60,021 nucleotides of DNA, filler included, from 9 parts of 9 records of this genome joined end to end with filler, not necessarily neighbours in it; one strand, 5' to 3'. Counted from the whole stretch's first letter, positions 18,625 to 29,618 are shown. A program made the numbers and translations. Notes: generated by a model not told the origin, from the letters alone.

Positions 18625-19344
18625 ATGAAAGTAACTCTGATTGAACTTCCTAATGCAGGTCTTGGTAACGTATTGTTTGCGGCGATGAAGGAATTAAATA
18701 ATATAAATGATCAAAAAGTTTGTTTCTGTGGGCTTAGTAGGTTTCATATCGGACCGTATTTGAGAAACGAGAAAAATAAAAGATCGTATTATCGATATTT
18801 TAAAAGAAGTATCGCCTTTGACTATACCTTGCTTTGCATTGCATGGGTTTTTAAAAAGCTGAAGATGTTATCGAAATTTTTCATAGAAATTAGAAATGCA
18901 AAATTCCCGTATCCAGAGGACTTAGTTAGAGTAATGGAGGTGGCAGACAGAGAACAGAAGTTCGAAGAGTATTTCAAGAATAATTTATTAAAAGAAAAGT
19001 ATATAAAGTATTGGAATGAGATTGAAACTGCAAGTCTCTGTATACATGTACGTAGGGGGGACTTCAAAGTGGCGAATATGGCTAAAGACATGCAATACTA
19101 TGAGGAGGTATTCGAGAGAGCTGGGGTGCAGCAAGAGTCAGAAGGTATAATATTTACCGACGAAGTCGATGATTTGGTGGTCAGGATGCTCGATAGATTC
19201 CCGAATTTAGTACTTTTTAGGGGAGATGAAATTGAATCGTTTCTCGCTTTAGGTAAAACGAAAAAGCTAATAGTTACTGCGGGTTCTTCATTTGGAATTA
19301 TGTCTTGGATACTAAATAAAAAAATCGCATTAATTTACCAGTAA
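18625..19344 (+). CDS. Alpha-1,2-fucosyltransferase-like (GT11)
   Basis: GLGNVLF, CIHVRRGDF, IFTD and SSFG motifs of GT11. Confidence 0.8.
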   Translation: MKVTLIELPNAGLGNVLFAAMKELNNINDQKVCFCGLSRFHIGPYLRNEKNKRSYYRYFKRSIAFDYTLLCIAWVFKKLKMLSKFFIEIRNAKFPYPEDLVRVMEVADREQKFEEYFKNNLLKEKYIKYWNEIETASLCIHVRRGDFKVANMAKDMQYYEEVFERAGVQQESEGIIFTDEVDDLVVRMLDRFPNLVLFRGDEIESFLALGKTKKLIVTAGSSFGIMSWILNKKIALIYQ

Positions 19345-19684
19345 ATCAGAGGGTTTGCTTTTTTTTACGATCTAATTATAAAAAGCTATTCGGTGTCTCG
19401 TTGTTTCAATTGCGCTAAATTGCAGCGACTGAGGTGGAATGAATGAAATCAAGGATAAATAAACCCCGATGAATTTAAAAATAATTAAAATAAATTATGC
19501 GCTAAAGTATTGAAAAGTATGGTTAAAATCATAATTTATATTCAACTAGTGAAAAATTACAAACAAAAATACATTTTCGCTTGTGCTAAAATTTTTAGAA
19601 TAACTGAAGAAATTTTATAGTTTTTATTAATTTTTATATTCTTTGGTGTCGAATAACGCTGTCGATTTAATACGGAGTGTACTT

Positions 19685-20740
19685 GTGAAGGTGGTGTGTA
19701 TCGCTGTAATTCCCAGCCCGTTTTATATTGATCAAATGAGAAAGATATATAAAAACATCGATTGGTGTTACTTAAAAAAATCGAATGAACGGAGTAGTTG
19801 GGGGCTTGAAAAAGAATATCGAAATCATTGTAATAAACTTTCTGTGCTATATCAAGTTGCAGTTGGTGGCTATGATATAATAATTTTTAATACTTATTCA
19901 AGTTGGTATGTTTTGTTAGTGTTTCTGATAACGAAATTTCTAAACAAGAAGACTGAGTTGCATTTCGGTATATTTGAGGAGATTAGATATAACCGTGGCG
20001 ACAGATTGATTAAAAGAAAGTTCAAGATTTGGTATGTAAGAAAGTTTATCCAATCGATGCATCAAATTCTGCCCTGCGGGGAAGTTGCGCTTAAGTCCAT
20101 TCGTAGTCTGCTCAATCCAAATACTCGAGTGAGAGTTACACCGTACGCATTTAAACGCGATCGTATTGTCGAGCAAGTTAGATCAAGTAAGTTAAGTTCT
20201 AAGTTTGTAATCCTGTTTTCTGGAGCGATAAATAGACGAAGAAATCTAGAAGAACTAGTGGAGGCAATTAGTTTGTGTGAATCTGAAGTTCAATCGAGGT
20301 TGTGCTTATTCATATCGTCGCCTCATACGCAAGAGTTTATGGATTGCAAGGCTAATCTACACAGCAAAAAGTATATGTTCGATATTCACTTTGACCAGAT
20401 TAGAGGGTCTTGGGAAAATATCCTTGAAATATATAATAATGTTGATGTTACGGTAGTGCCTAATCGTTACAGTAGTTGGAATATGACAGTGCAGGAGTCT
20501 CTGGCATACGGAGTGCCTGTTGTCGGTACGACAGAAACTGCGGCCGTGAGGGAGTGGATCATTCCAAGCCATAATGGATTTACATATAAATCTGGAGATG
20601 TTGATTCTCTTTCAATAATTTTAAAAAATCTGATTCTTGATGGTGATATGTACAATTTAATTAGAGAAAACTGCGTTCGCGATAAAGACAAATATTTTGT
20701 CGAAACAATAGATGAAATGTATAAAAACAGATCTTTTTAG
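19685..20740 (+). CDS. Glycosyltransferase family 4
   Basis: ILFSGAINRRRNL; VVPNRYSSWNMTVQESLAYGVPVVGT; NGF...GDVDSL; probable GTG start. Confidence 0.88.
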   Translation: MKVVCIAVIPSPFYIDQMRKIYKNIDWCYLKKSNERSSWGLEKEYRNHCNKLSVLYQVAVGGYDIIIFNTYSSWYVLLVFLITKFLNKKTELHFGIFEEIRYNRGDRLIKRKFKIWYVRKFIQSMHQILPCGEVALKSIRSLLNPNTRVRVTPYAFKRDRIVEQVRSSKLSSKFVILFSGAINRRRNLEELVEAISLCESEVQSRLCLFISSPHTQEFMDCKANLHSKKYMFDIHFDQIRGSWENILEIYNNVDVTVVPNRYSSWNMTVQESLAYGVPVVGTTETAAVREWIIPSHNGFTYKSGDVDSLSIILKNLILDGDMYNLIRENCVRDKDKYFVETIDEMYKNRSF

Positions 20741-20750
20741 AGATTATTCA

Positions 20751-21533
20751 ATGAAGATAAGTGTGGTGACAATAAGTTTTAATCAGGCAAAATATTTGAA
20801 GCAATGTGTTGAGTCTGTTATGTCGCAAAGTTATAGTAATTTCGAATATATTATAGTTGATCCTGGCTCGACCGATGGTAGTCAAGAATATATTGAAAGT
20901 TTAAATGATTCAAGGGTGACCAAAATATTTAAGGCTGATTGTGGGCCTGCTGACGGACTTAATAACGGACTATCTGTTTGTTCAGGCGATATATTTTACT
21001 ATCTGAATTCAGATGATGTAGTAAATCTGGATTGTTTTGAAAGAATAGTATCGAAGTTTAATGCCGACGATGTGGATGTATTGTTGGGTTGCGCGCAGCG
21101 AATTAGCGCCCGTGGGATAGTAGAGGATATTCTTTATCCAACAGATGGATGGAGTCTTGGAAAGTATGTGCAAGGTAGTGCCGTTGCGATTCAACAGGCT
21201 ACTTTTTTTTCGCTAAATTTTATTAGAAGACATGGCATAACGTTTAACTGCAATAACCAATCTAATTGGGATTCGGAGTTTCTTGTCGATGTTATGATTT
21301 CCGGGGGAAGGCTGAAGTTCGAATCAGCCATTCTGGCATCATTTAGAGTGTATCCAGAGTCTATATCAGGATCTAAAAGAGACATTCTTGAATATTGCAA
21401 TAATAATAAAAGAATTAGGGCGCGAGTGCTAAATCACTTTTACAAAACACGAAAGATTGGTGATTTGTTAAGATTTTATTTATTTGGCTTTTGGGTTTCT
21501 ATCGCTCGTTCGTTTAAATTGCGAATGCAGTAA
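20751..21533 (+). CDS. Glycosyltransferase family 2
   Basis: MKISVVTISFNQ, IIVDPGSTDGS, YLNSDD. Confidence 0.92.
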   Translation: MKISVVTISFNQAKYLKQCVESVMSQSYSNFEYIIVDPGSTDGSQEYIESLNDSRVTKIFKADCGPADGLNNGLSVCSGDIFYYLNSDDVVNLDCFERIVSKFNADDVDVLLGCAQRISARGIVEDILYPTDGWSLGKYVQGSAVAIQQATFFSLNFIRRHGITFNCNNQSNWDSEFLVDVMISGGRLKFESAILASFRVYPESISGSKRDILEYCNNNKRIRARVLNHFYKTRKIGDLLRFYLFGFWVSIARSFKLRMQ

Positions 21534-21539
21534 ATTGTG

Positions 21540-22808
21540 ATGGATAAACAAGGGTTCATCGTTAAAGTTGTGCCGTATGCAATCGGACTCTGTCTTTTTC
21601 AAGCATCTATAGCCATTGCAATTGGGCCGTTTCACGCAAATTTGTATCAGTTGCTTTCTTTAGTTAGTGCCTTAGTGTTTTGTTTCCATAAAAAAATTCT
21701 AGGTTTGATTGTTGCCGGTTTAGCTATTATTATATTTCAGTTAATTGTAGTATATTTTATTGAATCTTCTATATTTTTGAAAGATGGTTATTTCGGTCGA
21801 ATTGTTTCATATTTTGTGTATATAGTGCCGACGGTAGTCTTAAGTATGCTTTTGTATGTAAATTATTTTTCCGCTTATGCTTTCATTCGAGGGGTTTTTC
21901 ATTCTGCTTTTATTATGATAGCACTAGGAATATTGCAGTGGATTGTATACAGCACTCTTGGTGTGGATTTGTTTCCTTATGATATTTTTTATGGTGGAGA
22001 GGGTCGTTCGGCGTACATAGTGTTAGAGGGGGTAAATCAAAATCTTCGTTTAACCGCCTTGTCGGGTGAACCAAAAACCTATGGCATGTTTTTGGCATTG
22101 TTGTTTTCTTTATTTTTGTTTTGGAATTTCGATTTAAAGAAAAGAACAGTTTATGTCCTTCTGGTTTCGTGTTTATTGTTAATTGTCGGGACGGCCTCTA
22201 CCAGTGCATTTGTCTGCGTTGCTATTGCGCTCGTTTTTTATTTTATTGTTCCGTCAAAGAAAACTGCAGTTATTTGGGCAATAGTTTCTGTTGCTGTTTT
22301 CTATTTGATTTTCTTCTTAATGATTTTTGGGTTTTTAGAATATTCTGTTTCCGAGGTTGATTATAATAATCTTGGAAAGGGTTTTTTATATGATAGACTT
22401 ATAAATAGGATAAATGGTGTTGAGGATTATGATTTTTTATCTTTAAATGTACTAAAGTCTAATCCACTTTTTTTATTGTATGGTGGAGTTTTCCCGTTTT
22501 TTCACTTGGTTAATTTAGATTTTGGATCTCTTCCTTGGTGGATGAATGAAAACACTATCTTTGTTCCAAAAGCAGGTTTTTTGACAATTGTGTCAATTTT
22601 TGGACTTCCTCTTTCATTTATTCTTGGTTACTTTTATTTGTCTTTTTTATATAAAAAGTCAGTTTACTTTACCGAGCGAGAGTTTATTTTCCTTTGCTTG
22701 GTGCTACCGCTGATGTTTTTTTTAAGGGCTTATCTCCTTATTCCATCTATTTTGTTGGTTTTTTCTTTGATTAGTATAAGAGCTAATAATTGGAAAAGAA
22801 TTTCTTGA
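21540..22808 (+). CDS. O-antigen polymerase/ligase (Wzy-like) membrane protein
   Basis: Many TM segments; RLTALSGEPK periplasmic motif; last gene of the GT cluster. Confidence 0.7.
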   Translation: MDKQGFIVKVVPYAIGLCLFQASIAIAIGPFHANLYQLLSLVSALVFCFHKKILGLIVAGLAIIIFQLIVVYFIESSIFLKDGYFGRIVSYFVYIVPTVVLSMLLYVNYFSAYAFIRGVFHSAFIMIALGILQWIVYSTLGVDLFPYDIFYGGEGRSAYIVLEGVNQNLRLTALSGEPKTYGMFLALLFSLFLFWNFDLKKRTVYVLLVSCLLLIVGTASTSAFVCVAIALVFYFIVPSKKTAVIWAIVSVAVFYLIFFLMIFGFLEYSVSEVDYNNLGKGFLYDRLINRINGVEDYDFLSLNVLKSNPLFLLYGGVFPFFHLVNLDFGSLPWWMNENTIFVPKAGFLTIVSIFGLPLSFILGYFYLSFLYKKSVYFTEREFIFLCLVLPLMFFLRAYLLIPSILLVFSLISIRANNWKRIS

Positions 22809-22877
22809 TTTTTAGATTGCTTCTGTGAGGTTATTGGTTATTGTCTGTAAGTTTTAATTTTAATTAACTCTACTGTA

Positions 22878-22907
22878 CCTTTTCCTTTTCCTTTTCCTTT
22901 TCCTTTT
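22878..22907 (+). repeat. (CCTTTT)5 simple sequence repeat at contig end
   Basis: Five perfect hexamers running into the linker. Confidence 0.95.
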
Positions 22908-23007
22908 NNNNNNNNNNNNNNNNNNNNNNNNNNNNNNNNNNNNNNNNNNNNTTAATTAATTAANNNNNNNNNNNNNNNNNNNNNNNNNNNNNNNNNNNNN
23001 NNNNNNN
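22908..23007. other. Artificial contig linker
   Basis: N44-TTAATTAATTAA-N44. Confidence 0.99.
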
Positions 23008-23843
23008 TTTACATCCGGCTTAGGTCTTCTCGCTTTAGATTCTTTGTAGGTCTTCGGTTTTATTTTTTGCTCCACATTAAAACGAAACAACCCGCGATCG
23101 TCCGGTAATTTTTTATTGTAGGGTGTGAAAATCCCGCCTTCTGCTGATGAAAAACCGCTGCCATCACCTGCGGCTGAGATAAAATTTTGATAACTATCGC
23201 ATTCACCACCTAACATTTTAAAGATTTCAAAAGATCGAATTTGAACGTACTTTTCTTGTGCGCTTGAAATGGCATTCACTATCAATCTTTGATCGCCCAT
23301 ACTGAATCCAGAGTTAGCGAGTGCTCCCATTTTATCTCCAGTTTGCAAACTTGGCTCATAATAACCACGCACTGCTTTTACTACAACAAAACTTCCATCA
23401 GACAACGTTTTTACCGCAGTTTGAGGAATCTGTTGCAAAACATACTTTTCAAATTCCTTTAACTTTGGTTTTAAGTGTTCGTGCTTTTCGCTATCAGAAT
23501 TCCTAAATTTCAGAACCTCATCCAACTCCCATAAGGCAAAATGTGTAGCTAAATCTGCAACCAGTCCGTTTGACTTTCTTGCAAATTGATCTTTATTAAG
23601 AATTAATAAATCTGGATTTTTAACTACCTCACGCTCTACATATTTATAATTGGGTAAGGTGTCGTTAATCCACGGAATAGAATCAGTAAATTCAAATAGA
23701 TGAAAGAGCTCCGGTTTCAGAATTTCTCTTCGTCGAGAAATGTTGTAAAAGAAAGCCTTTTGTTCTCCAGAAAGGTCGTCCCAATTATCTTGCCCGAAAG
23801 CAAAAGAAGTTGATAAAACCAAGAAAAGAAAAAAGTGCTTCAT
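23008..23843 (-). CDS. Secreted hypothetical protein, 3'-truncated
   Basis: Signal peptide MKHFFLFLVLSTSFAFG-Q; frame open to contig end. Confidence 0.75.
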
Positions 23844-23879
23844 ATACTCGTTTACAAATCGCCGTGAATTTCGTTCAAA

Positions 23880-26111
23880 TTAGCTCAATTTTTGACCTAA
23901 GGCATTATCGTAAATATCTTTCAATTCATTTACAAAGCCATACTGTTCATCATCAACGCAAACTTTACCTTTGGTAACATGCCCCAATAATGTATAAGGG
24001 ACATTTCCTTCAAACATAAAGTCAATGAATTCATCTTCTTGATCTTCGTTAACTCCAACAACAATTCTAGATTGCGCTTCTCCAAACAAAAATGCATCCT
24101 CACGAACTTCTGAATCAGTAACGATATCAAAACCTAAATTATTCGGCATTGCCATCTCCATTAAGGCAATAAACAATCCACCGTCAGCACAATCATGCGC
24201 TGCATTTACCAATTGCTTATCAATCAAACCTTTCATGGCCTCTTGCAATGCATGTTCCTTTTCAAGATCAAAGTAAGGAGCAGGAGATTCATTGATACCA
24301 TGATAACTTACCAAGTATTCTGAAGAAGAGATATCATCATGCGATTCACCTAAAATGAAAATCAAATCGCCTTTAGACTTGAAATCTAAAGAAGTAATTT
24401 TTGATTTATCTGGCACTACTCCAATCATTCCAATTGTTGGGGTTGGAAAAACTGGTTCTTCTTTCCCATCCATTACGGTTTGATTATAAAATGAAACGTT
24501 ACCACCAGTTACTGGAGTTTCAAATTTTAAGCAAGCTGCAGACATCCCTTTAATGGCTCCAACAAATTGCCAATAACATTCAGGATTGTAAGGATTACCA
24601 AAATTCAAGCAATTCGTTACAGCAGAAGGTATCCCACCAGAAACAACAATATTTCTTGCTGCCTCAGAAACTGCTATTTGTGTCCCTATTTCAGGGTCAG
24701 CATTGACATATCTTGAATTACAATCTACGGTCATGGCCAATGCTCTATTCGTATCCTTAATATTTGCAATTCCTGCATCACAAGGTCGATTAGTCGTCAT
24801 GGTTCTTGTACCAACCATTGAATCATATTGTTCATAAACCCAACGCTTTGAAGCGATATTTGGATTGCTCAATAATGAAACGGCCACCTCAACTAAATTA
24901 TCCGGTTGTTCAACATCATTGATATTGAATTTTTTAAACTCTTGATAATATGCCGGTTCTTTGTATTCTCTTTCGTAAACTGGAGCACCACCACCAAGCA
25001 CTAATGACTCGGCCGGCACAGAAGCTACCTTTTCACCATGCATAAAGTAATTGATGGTTCCACCTTCAGTCACCACTCCAATTTCAACGGCATGTAAATC
25101 CCACTTCTCAAAAATATCCTCAACTATTTTCTCTTTACCTTTTTCAATCACCACTAACATTCTTTCTTGAGATTCTGACAATAGAATTTCCCAATCTTTC
25201 ATGTCTTTTTGGCGAGTTGGCACTTTAGATAAATCAATATCCATACCCACACCACCAGCGGCACTCATTTCACATGATGAACAGGTGATACCTGCTGCAC
25301 CCATATCTTGCATCCCTACTACAGCATCAGTTTTACCCAATTCAAGTGTTGCCTCAAGTAATAATTTTTCTTGGAAAGGATCACCTACTTGCACTGAAGG
25401 CAAGTCATCTGCAGATTCTTCAGTAATATCTTTAGAAGCAAAAGCTGCACCTGCAATTCCATCTTTTCCGGTTGCTGAACCAACTATGTAAACTGGGTTT
25501 CCTGGTCCAGAAGCTGTTGCTGAAATCATCTTTCCTTCAAGAATACCTGCTGAAAAGGCATTAACCAGTGGATTGGTATTGTAGCATTTATCAAAAAACA
25601 CTTCTCCTCCAATGATTGGAACGCCAAATGAGTTTCCGTAATCACCAATTCCTTTCACCACACCTTTCACCATCCATTTGGTTTTATCTTTATCTATTTC
25701 TCCAAATCGCAATGAATTCAACAGTGCAATTGGTCTCGCACCCATTGTGAAGATATCTCTATTAATTCCACCAACTCCAGTAGCTGCACCTTGATACGGT
25801 TCAATTGCTGAAGGGTGATTATGAGACTCGATCTTAAATACGCAACCCATTCCTTCTCCAATATCAACCAAACCAGCATTTTCTTCACCAGCTTTCACCA
25901 ACATGTGTGGTCCGTCTTTAGGTAAGGTTTTTAACCACTTAATTGAATTCTTATACGAACAGTGCTCAGACCACATGACTGAATAAACTGATGTTTCGGT
26001 AAAATTAGGCGTACGTCCTAAAATTTCTTTGATTAGTTCAAATTCTTCAGGTAACAATCCTAGTTCTACTGCCTGTTCAACTGTTGCTAATTCTTGCGTT
26101 TTATTTTCCAT
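23880..26111 (-). CDS. purL: Phosphoribosylformylglycinamidine synthase subunit PurL
   Basis: MWSEHCSYK, ESHNHPSAIEPYQGAATGVGG, DMGAAG, LSESQERML, GGNVSFYN. Confidence 0.98.
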   Translation of the reverse strand: MENKTQELATVEQAVELGLLPEEFELIKEILGRTPNFTETSVYSVMWSEHCSYKNSIKWLKTLPKDGPHMLVKAGEENAGLVDIGEGMGCVFKIESHNHPSAIEPYQGAATGVGGINRDIFTMGARPIALLNSLRFGEIDKDKTKWMVKGVVKGIGDYGNSFGVPIIGGEVFFDKCYNTNPLVNAFSAGILEGKMISATASGPGNPVYIVGSATGKDGIAGAAFASKDITEESADDLPSVQVGDPFQEKLLLEATLELGKTDAVVGMQDMGAAGITCSSCEMSAAGGVGMDIDLSKVPTRQKDMKDWEILLSESQERMLVVIEKGKEKIVEDIFEKWDLHAVEIGVVTEGGTINYFMHGEKVASVPAESLVLGGGAPVYEREYKEPAYYQEFKKFNINDVEQPDNLVEVAVSLLSNPNIASKRWVYEQYDSMVGTRTMTTNRPCDAGIANIKDTNRALAMTVDCNSRYVNADPEIGTQIAVSEAARNIVVSGGIPSAVTNCLNFGNPYNPECYWQFVGAIKGMSAACLKFETPVTGGNVSFYNQTVMDGKEEPVFPTPTIGMIGVVPDKSKITSLDFKSKGDLIFILGESHDDISSSEYLVSYHGINESPAPYFDLEKEHALQEAMKGLIDKQLVNAAHDCADGGLFIALMEMAMPNNLGFDIVTDSEVREDAFLFGEAQSRIVVGVNEDQEDEFIDFMFEGNVPYTLLGHVTKGKVCVDDEQYGFVNELKDIYDNALGQKLS

Positions 26112-26166
26112 TGATCGATAAAAAGATATGTTCCTTTGCTTAAGCTTTGGACATTAAATAAAAGCA

Positions 26167-26174
26167 CAAATTTA
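26167..26174 (-). promoter_or_regulatory. Bacteroidota -7 promoter element for purL
   Basis: TAAATTTG on the minus strand matches TAnnTTTG. Confidence 0.5.
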
Positions 26175-26271
26175 CATAATTCAGGAAGTGCAATGGAGAT
26201 TTGACACTAACAATTATCCCTTTTTTTCAACAATTTGCAATCGGTAAAATTCAAAGTATGTTTTTATACCT

Positions 26272-27759
26272 TTGAGGCAAATGTCATGGGCAGTACTTGT
26301 CATATTACTTTTCGGCTTCAGCTATCTGATTTTTAACTCAGCTAACAGGATAGGCCTATCCCCTAAAACCTTGCTGATTGGTTGGTTTTTGAAGCTGGTC
26401 TATGCCACTACTTTTCTGTTGATATTCACCTATTATTATTCATCAGGGAGTTTATATGGAGATGTTGCTAACTTCATGAATGATTCTAAAATCCTCGCAG
26501 ACTATGGAAGATCTGACCTCGGAGGTTACTTAGAACTTTTGCTTGGATTCAATTCAAATGATTTAACACTCTTGCAAAATGAACTGGCCGAAACACGCAT
26601 TTGGAGTTACGGAGACAACGGAGACTTCATCAACGATAACCGACTCATTATTCGAATTAATTCGGTTATTCATTTCTTTTCCTTTGGCAATGCATGGGTA
26701 CATCTTTTGGTTTTCGCTTTCATCTCCTACGCGGGCATCATTCTGTTATTTCAAACCTTTAAAAAATTTGTTCATAAACCTCAAGTATTATTTTTTGGAC
26801 TTATCATCTTTCCTACGATTGGATTTTGGGGAAGCGGCATCACCAAAGAATGCATCATGATTTTTGCCTTTGGATTGTTCTGTTGGGGGTTATCCAAATT
26901 GCTTCAAAAAATCAATAATAAATGGACGAGGCTCGCAGCCATTGTAGGCATAGCCATGCTCCTTTTTAATAAACCGCATTTGGGAATTTGCGTCTTGGTG
27001 TTTCTGCCTTTTTTGATCTGGTTCATCAGAGCAGGTTTTTCCCGACAAAAATTAATTTTGACGCTCGTGGTTGTTCTTGGACTGGGTTTTAGCTTGACCT
27101 TTGCTCCTGATAAGATCAACCCGGTGAACAAAATTTCGAATAAACTTCAAGACTTTAAAAATGTAGGGACAGGCGGCGTGTTTTTTATCACTGACAGCTC
27201 GTTTTGCGCTTTCGATTATCAAGATTTAGATAAGTTTAATTATAACGCAAACACGCAAGAAATTCAGGCTATTAAGCCAGTAAACGGGGAGTATAAATTA
27301 TTTGGTAAAACTGAATTTTATCCTTTCACAATTCCGGTGAGCTCTAAAAAATATGACGTTTATTTGGTGCAACCGCCATCTAACAGTATTGTTGAAGTGC
27401 CTTCTATTAATAACTCTACGAAACAATTAATAAAAAACATCCCGCTAGCAATTCTCAACACAAGTATCCGCCCTTTTCCAACAGACCCTGGAAGCGGTTT
27501 AAAGTACCTTTTAATTATTGAGAATATTTTATTTCTTGTTTTAGCAATTTACCTATTAAAAAACCATGACAAATCAAACAATAACGAGAAAAAATCTTGG
27601 ATTACTTTTTTGATATTGACAGGGTTTTTCATGCTGCTATTAATAGGATTAACGACCCCAATTTTAGGAGCCATAGCGAGATACAAAACAGTTAGTTTTC
27701 TATTGTTTATTATATCATTTTCAATGCTTCTGCCACCACTTAAATTTTTAAAAAAATGA
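26272..27759 (+). CDS. Polytopic membrane protein, possibly GT-C fold
   Basis: Multiple TMs; YGD loop and WGSGITKE motif. Confidence 0.6.
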   Translation: MRQMSWAVLVILLFGFSYLIFNSANRIGLSPKTLLIGWFLKLVYATTFLLIFTYYYSSGSLYGDVANFMNDSKILADYGRSDLGGYLELLLGFNSNDLTLLQNELAETRIWSYGDNGDFINDNRLIIRINSVIHFFSFGNAWVHLLVFAFISYAGIILLFQTFKKFVHKPQVLFFGLIIFPTIGFWGSGITKECIMIFAFGLFCWGLSKLLQKINNKWTRLAAIVGIAMLLFNKPHLGICVLVFLPFLIWFIRAGFSRQKLILTLVVVLGLGFSLTFAPDKINPVNKISNKLQDFKNVGTGGVFFITDSSFCAFDYQDLDKFNYNANTQEIQAIKPVNGEYKLFGKTEFYPFTIPVSSKKYDVYLVQPPSNSIVEVPSINNSTKQLIKNIPLAILNTSIRPFPTDPGSGLKYLLIIENILFLVLAIYLLKNHDKSNNNEKKSWITFLILTGFFMLLLIGLTTPILGAIARYKTVSFLLFIISFSMLLPPLKFLKK

Positions 27760-29387
27760 AATACCTTTTTGCCTCTCTGATTTTCTTAAGTTTCTACTCA
27801 TGTTACCAGAGTCAAACAGCAGATTTAATTTTACATAACGGAATGATTTACAGCTGTGATGAAGAGTTTACAGTTTACGAAGCTATGGCTATTAAAGATG
27901 GTAAAATTGTTCAATTGGGTCCAGAACGTGAAATTTTAAATGGATATGATTGTGACAATATAATTGACCTAAAAATGGCGCCGGTATATCCGGGATTTCA
28001 TGATGCGCATTGTCATTTTGAAGGATACGCAAAAACTCTCAATGAAGTTGATTTAAATGGTGCAAAATCTTTTGACGAAGTGGTAGCTCGAATTGTAGTT
28101 TTTGAAGAAAACAATCAATTCAGCTGGATTAAAGGTCGCGGCTGGGACCAAACACTATGGGAAAACAAGGAATTCCCAAACAACGACACATTAAATATCC
28201 TGTTCCCCGATAAACCTGTTGCCGTTAGAAGGGTAGATGGACATGCTGCTTTGGTTAATCAAAAAGCATTAGATATTGCAGGTATCACTCCAGAAACTAT
28301 GATTCCAGGCGGCCATATTGAAGTAATTGATGGTAAATGTACTGGCTTACTATTAGATAACGCTTACGACTCGGTTGCCATTCACATCCCAGATTTAGAT
28401 GAGGAATTGCGTTTAGAATTGATGCAAGAGGCCGAACGGGATTTATTCGAAGTGGGCTTGACCTCTATTAATGATGCCGGAATCGAAAGTAAAGATCGAA
28501 ATCAATTTATCAAATGGTATTCTAATGGAGATTTAAAGATTAAAGATTATTGTATGCTTTTTCCGGATGAGGATAATATGAAATTCGCCTCTGACTCTGG
28601 GAACTACAGAACAGGAAATCTTCATATCAAATCTTTTAAAGTGGTTTCAGACGGCGCTTTAGGATCAAGAGGAGCTTGTTTAATTTCACCTTATGCAGAT
28701 CATGACCATCACCATGGCTTTTTATTGAAATCTATCCAAGAATTTGAAGAAATTGCAGATTTAGCAGCCTCAATTGATTACCAGGTAAACACGCATTGCA
28801 TTGGAGACTCCGCCAATAGAGCGATTCTAAAAATTTACGAAAAATATATCGGTGCAAAATCAGATCATAGGTGGAAAATTGAACATGCGCAAGTCTTGGC
28901 TCCAGAAGATTTTGATTATTTCGAGCAATATGGTATTATTCCAAGTGTTCAACCTACTCATTGTACATCTGACATGCGTTGGGCCGAAGATCGACTTGGC
29001 AAAGAACGCGTTAAGTTCGCTTATGCTTATCAGCAACTTTTAGATAAAGCAGGACTAGTTGCTCTAGGAACTGACTTTCCAATTGAACGAATCTCTCCTC
29101 TCGAAACTTTCTACGCGGCGGTTAGCAGAATGAATAGAGAAGGTTTTCCAGAAGGCGGTTTTCAAAACGAGAACGCATTAAGCAGAGAAGATGCATTAAG
29201 AGGAATGACCATTTGGCCGGCATACTCGAATTTTGAAAATGCCAATAAGGGGTCTTTAGAGGCTGGAAAAGATGCTGATTTCGTAATTCTAACAAGAGAC
29301 ATTATGACTTGCACTTTTGAAGATATTCTCAAAACCTATGTTGAACGAACCTATTTAAATGGAGAGTTGGTTTATAGCGCAGAATAA
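27756..29387 (+). CDS. Amidohydrolase family 3 (YtcJ-like) lipoprotein
   Basis: PGFHDAHCH, DGALGSRGA, HCIGD, KIEHAQ, GTDFP, GKDADF. Confidence 0.93.
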   Translation: MKYLFASLIFLSFYSCYQSQTADLILHNGMIYSCDEEFTVYEAMAIKDGKIVQLGPEREILNGYDCDNIIDLKMAPVYPGFHDAHCHFEGYAKTLNEVDLNGAKSFDEVVARIVVFEENNQFSWIKGRGWDQTLWENKEFPNNDTLNILFPDKPVAVRRVDGHAALVNQKALDIAGITPETMIPGGHIEVIDGKCTGLLLDNAYDSVAIHIPDLDEELRLELMQEAERDLFEVGLTSINDAGIESKDRNQFIKWYSNGDLKIKDYCMLFPDEDNMKFASDSGNYRTGNLHIKSFKVVSDGALGSRGACLISPYADHDHHHGFLLKSIQEFEEIADLAASIDYQVNTHCIGDSANRAILKIYEKYIGAKSDHRWKIEHAQVLAPEDFDYFEQYGIIPSVQPTHCTSDMRWAEDRLGKERVKFAYAYQQLLDKAGLVALGTDFPIERISPLETFYAAVSRMNREGFPEGGFQNENALSREDALRGMTIWPAYSNFENANKGSLEAGKDADFVILTRDIMTCTFEDILKTYVERTYLNGELVYSAE

Positions 29388-29463
29388 TTTAATCATTAGC
29401 GGCTCTAAAAGATTAACAAATTAATAGTCCGCAGGAAAGCTCTATATAAATTGCAAAACATAA

Positions 29464-29490
29464 AATGGCCCCACCAAAGGTGAGGCCATT
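29464..29490 (-). terminator. Intrinsic terminator, possibly bidirectional
   Basis: AATGGCC-CCACC-AAA-GGTGA-GGCCATT with A/T-rich flanks, between convergent genes. Confidence 0.7.
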
Positions 29491-29519
29491 TATTTGTTAA
29501 CCAAAACAAAGAAAACCAA

Positions 29520-29600
29520 GAGGGAACCACCCCTCAATTCATTGAAAACTCTTTTGTTATATTCCGATAGCAGACCGGAATCAAACGAGTCCTCAATGAA
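29520..29600 (-). ncRNA. Candidate structured RNA or 3'UTR-derived sRNA
   Basis: Long hairpin 29538-29600 (TTCATTGA/TCAATGAA, ACTC/GAGT, TTTG/CAAA, ATTCCG/CGGAAT) plus GAGGG/CCCTC hairpin. Confidence 0.4.
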
Positions 29601-29618
29601 GGTCTTATCTTTAATATC

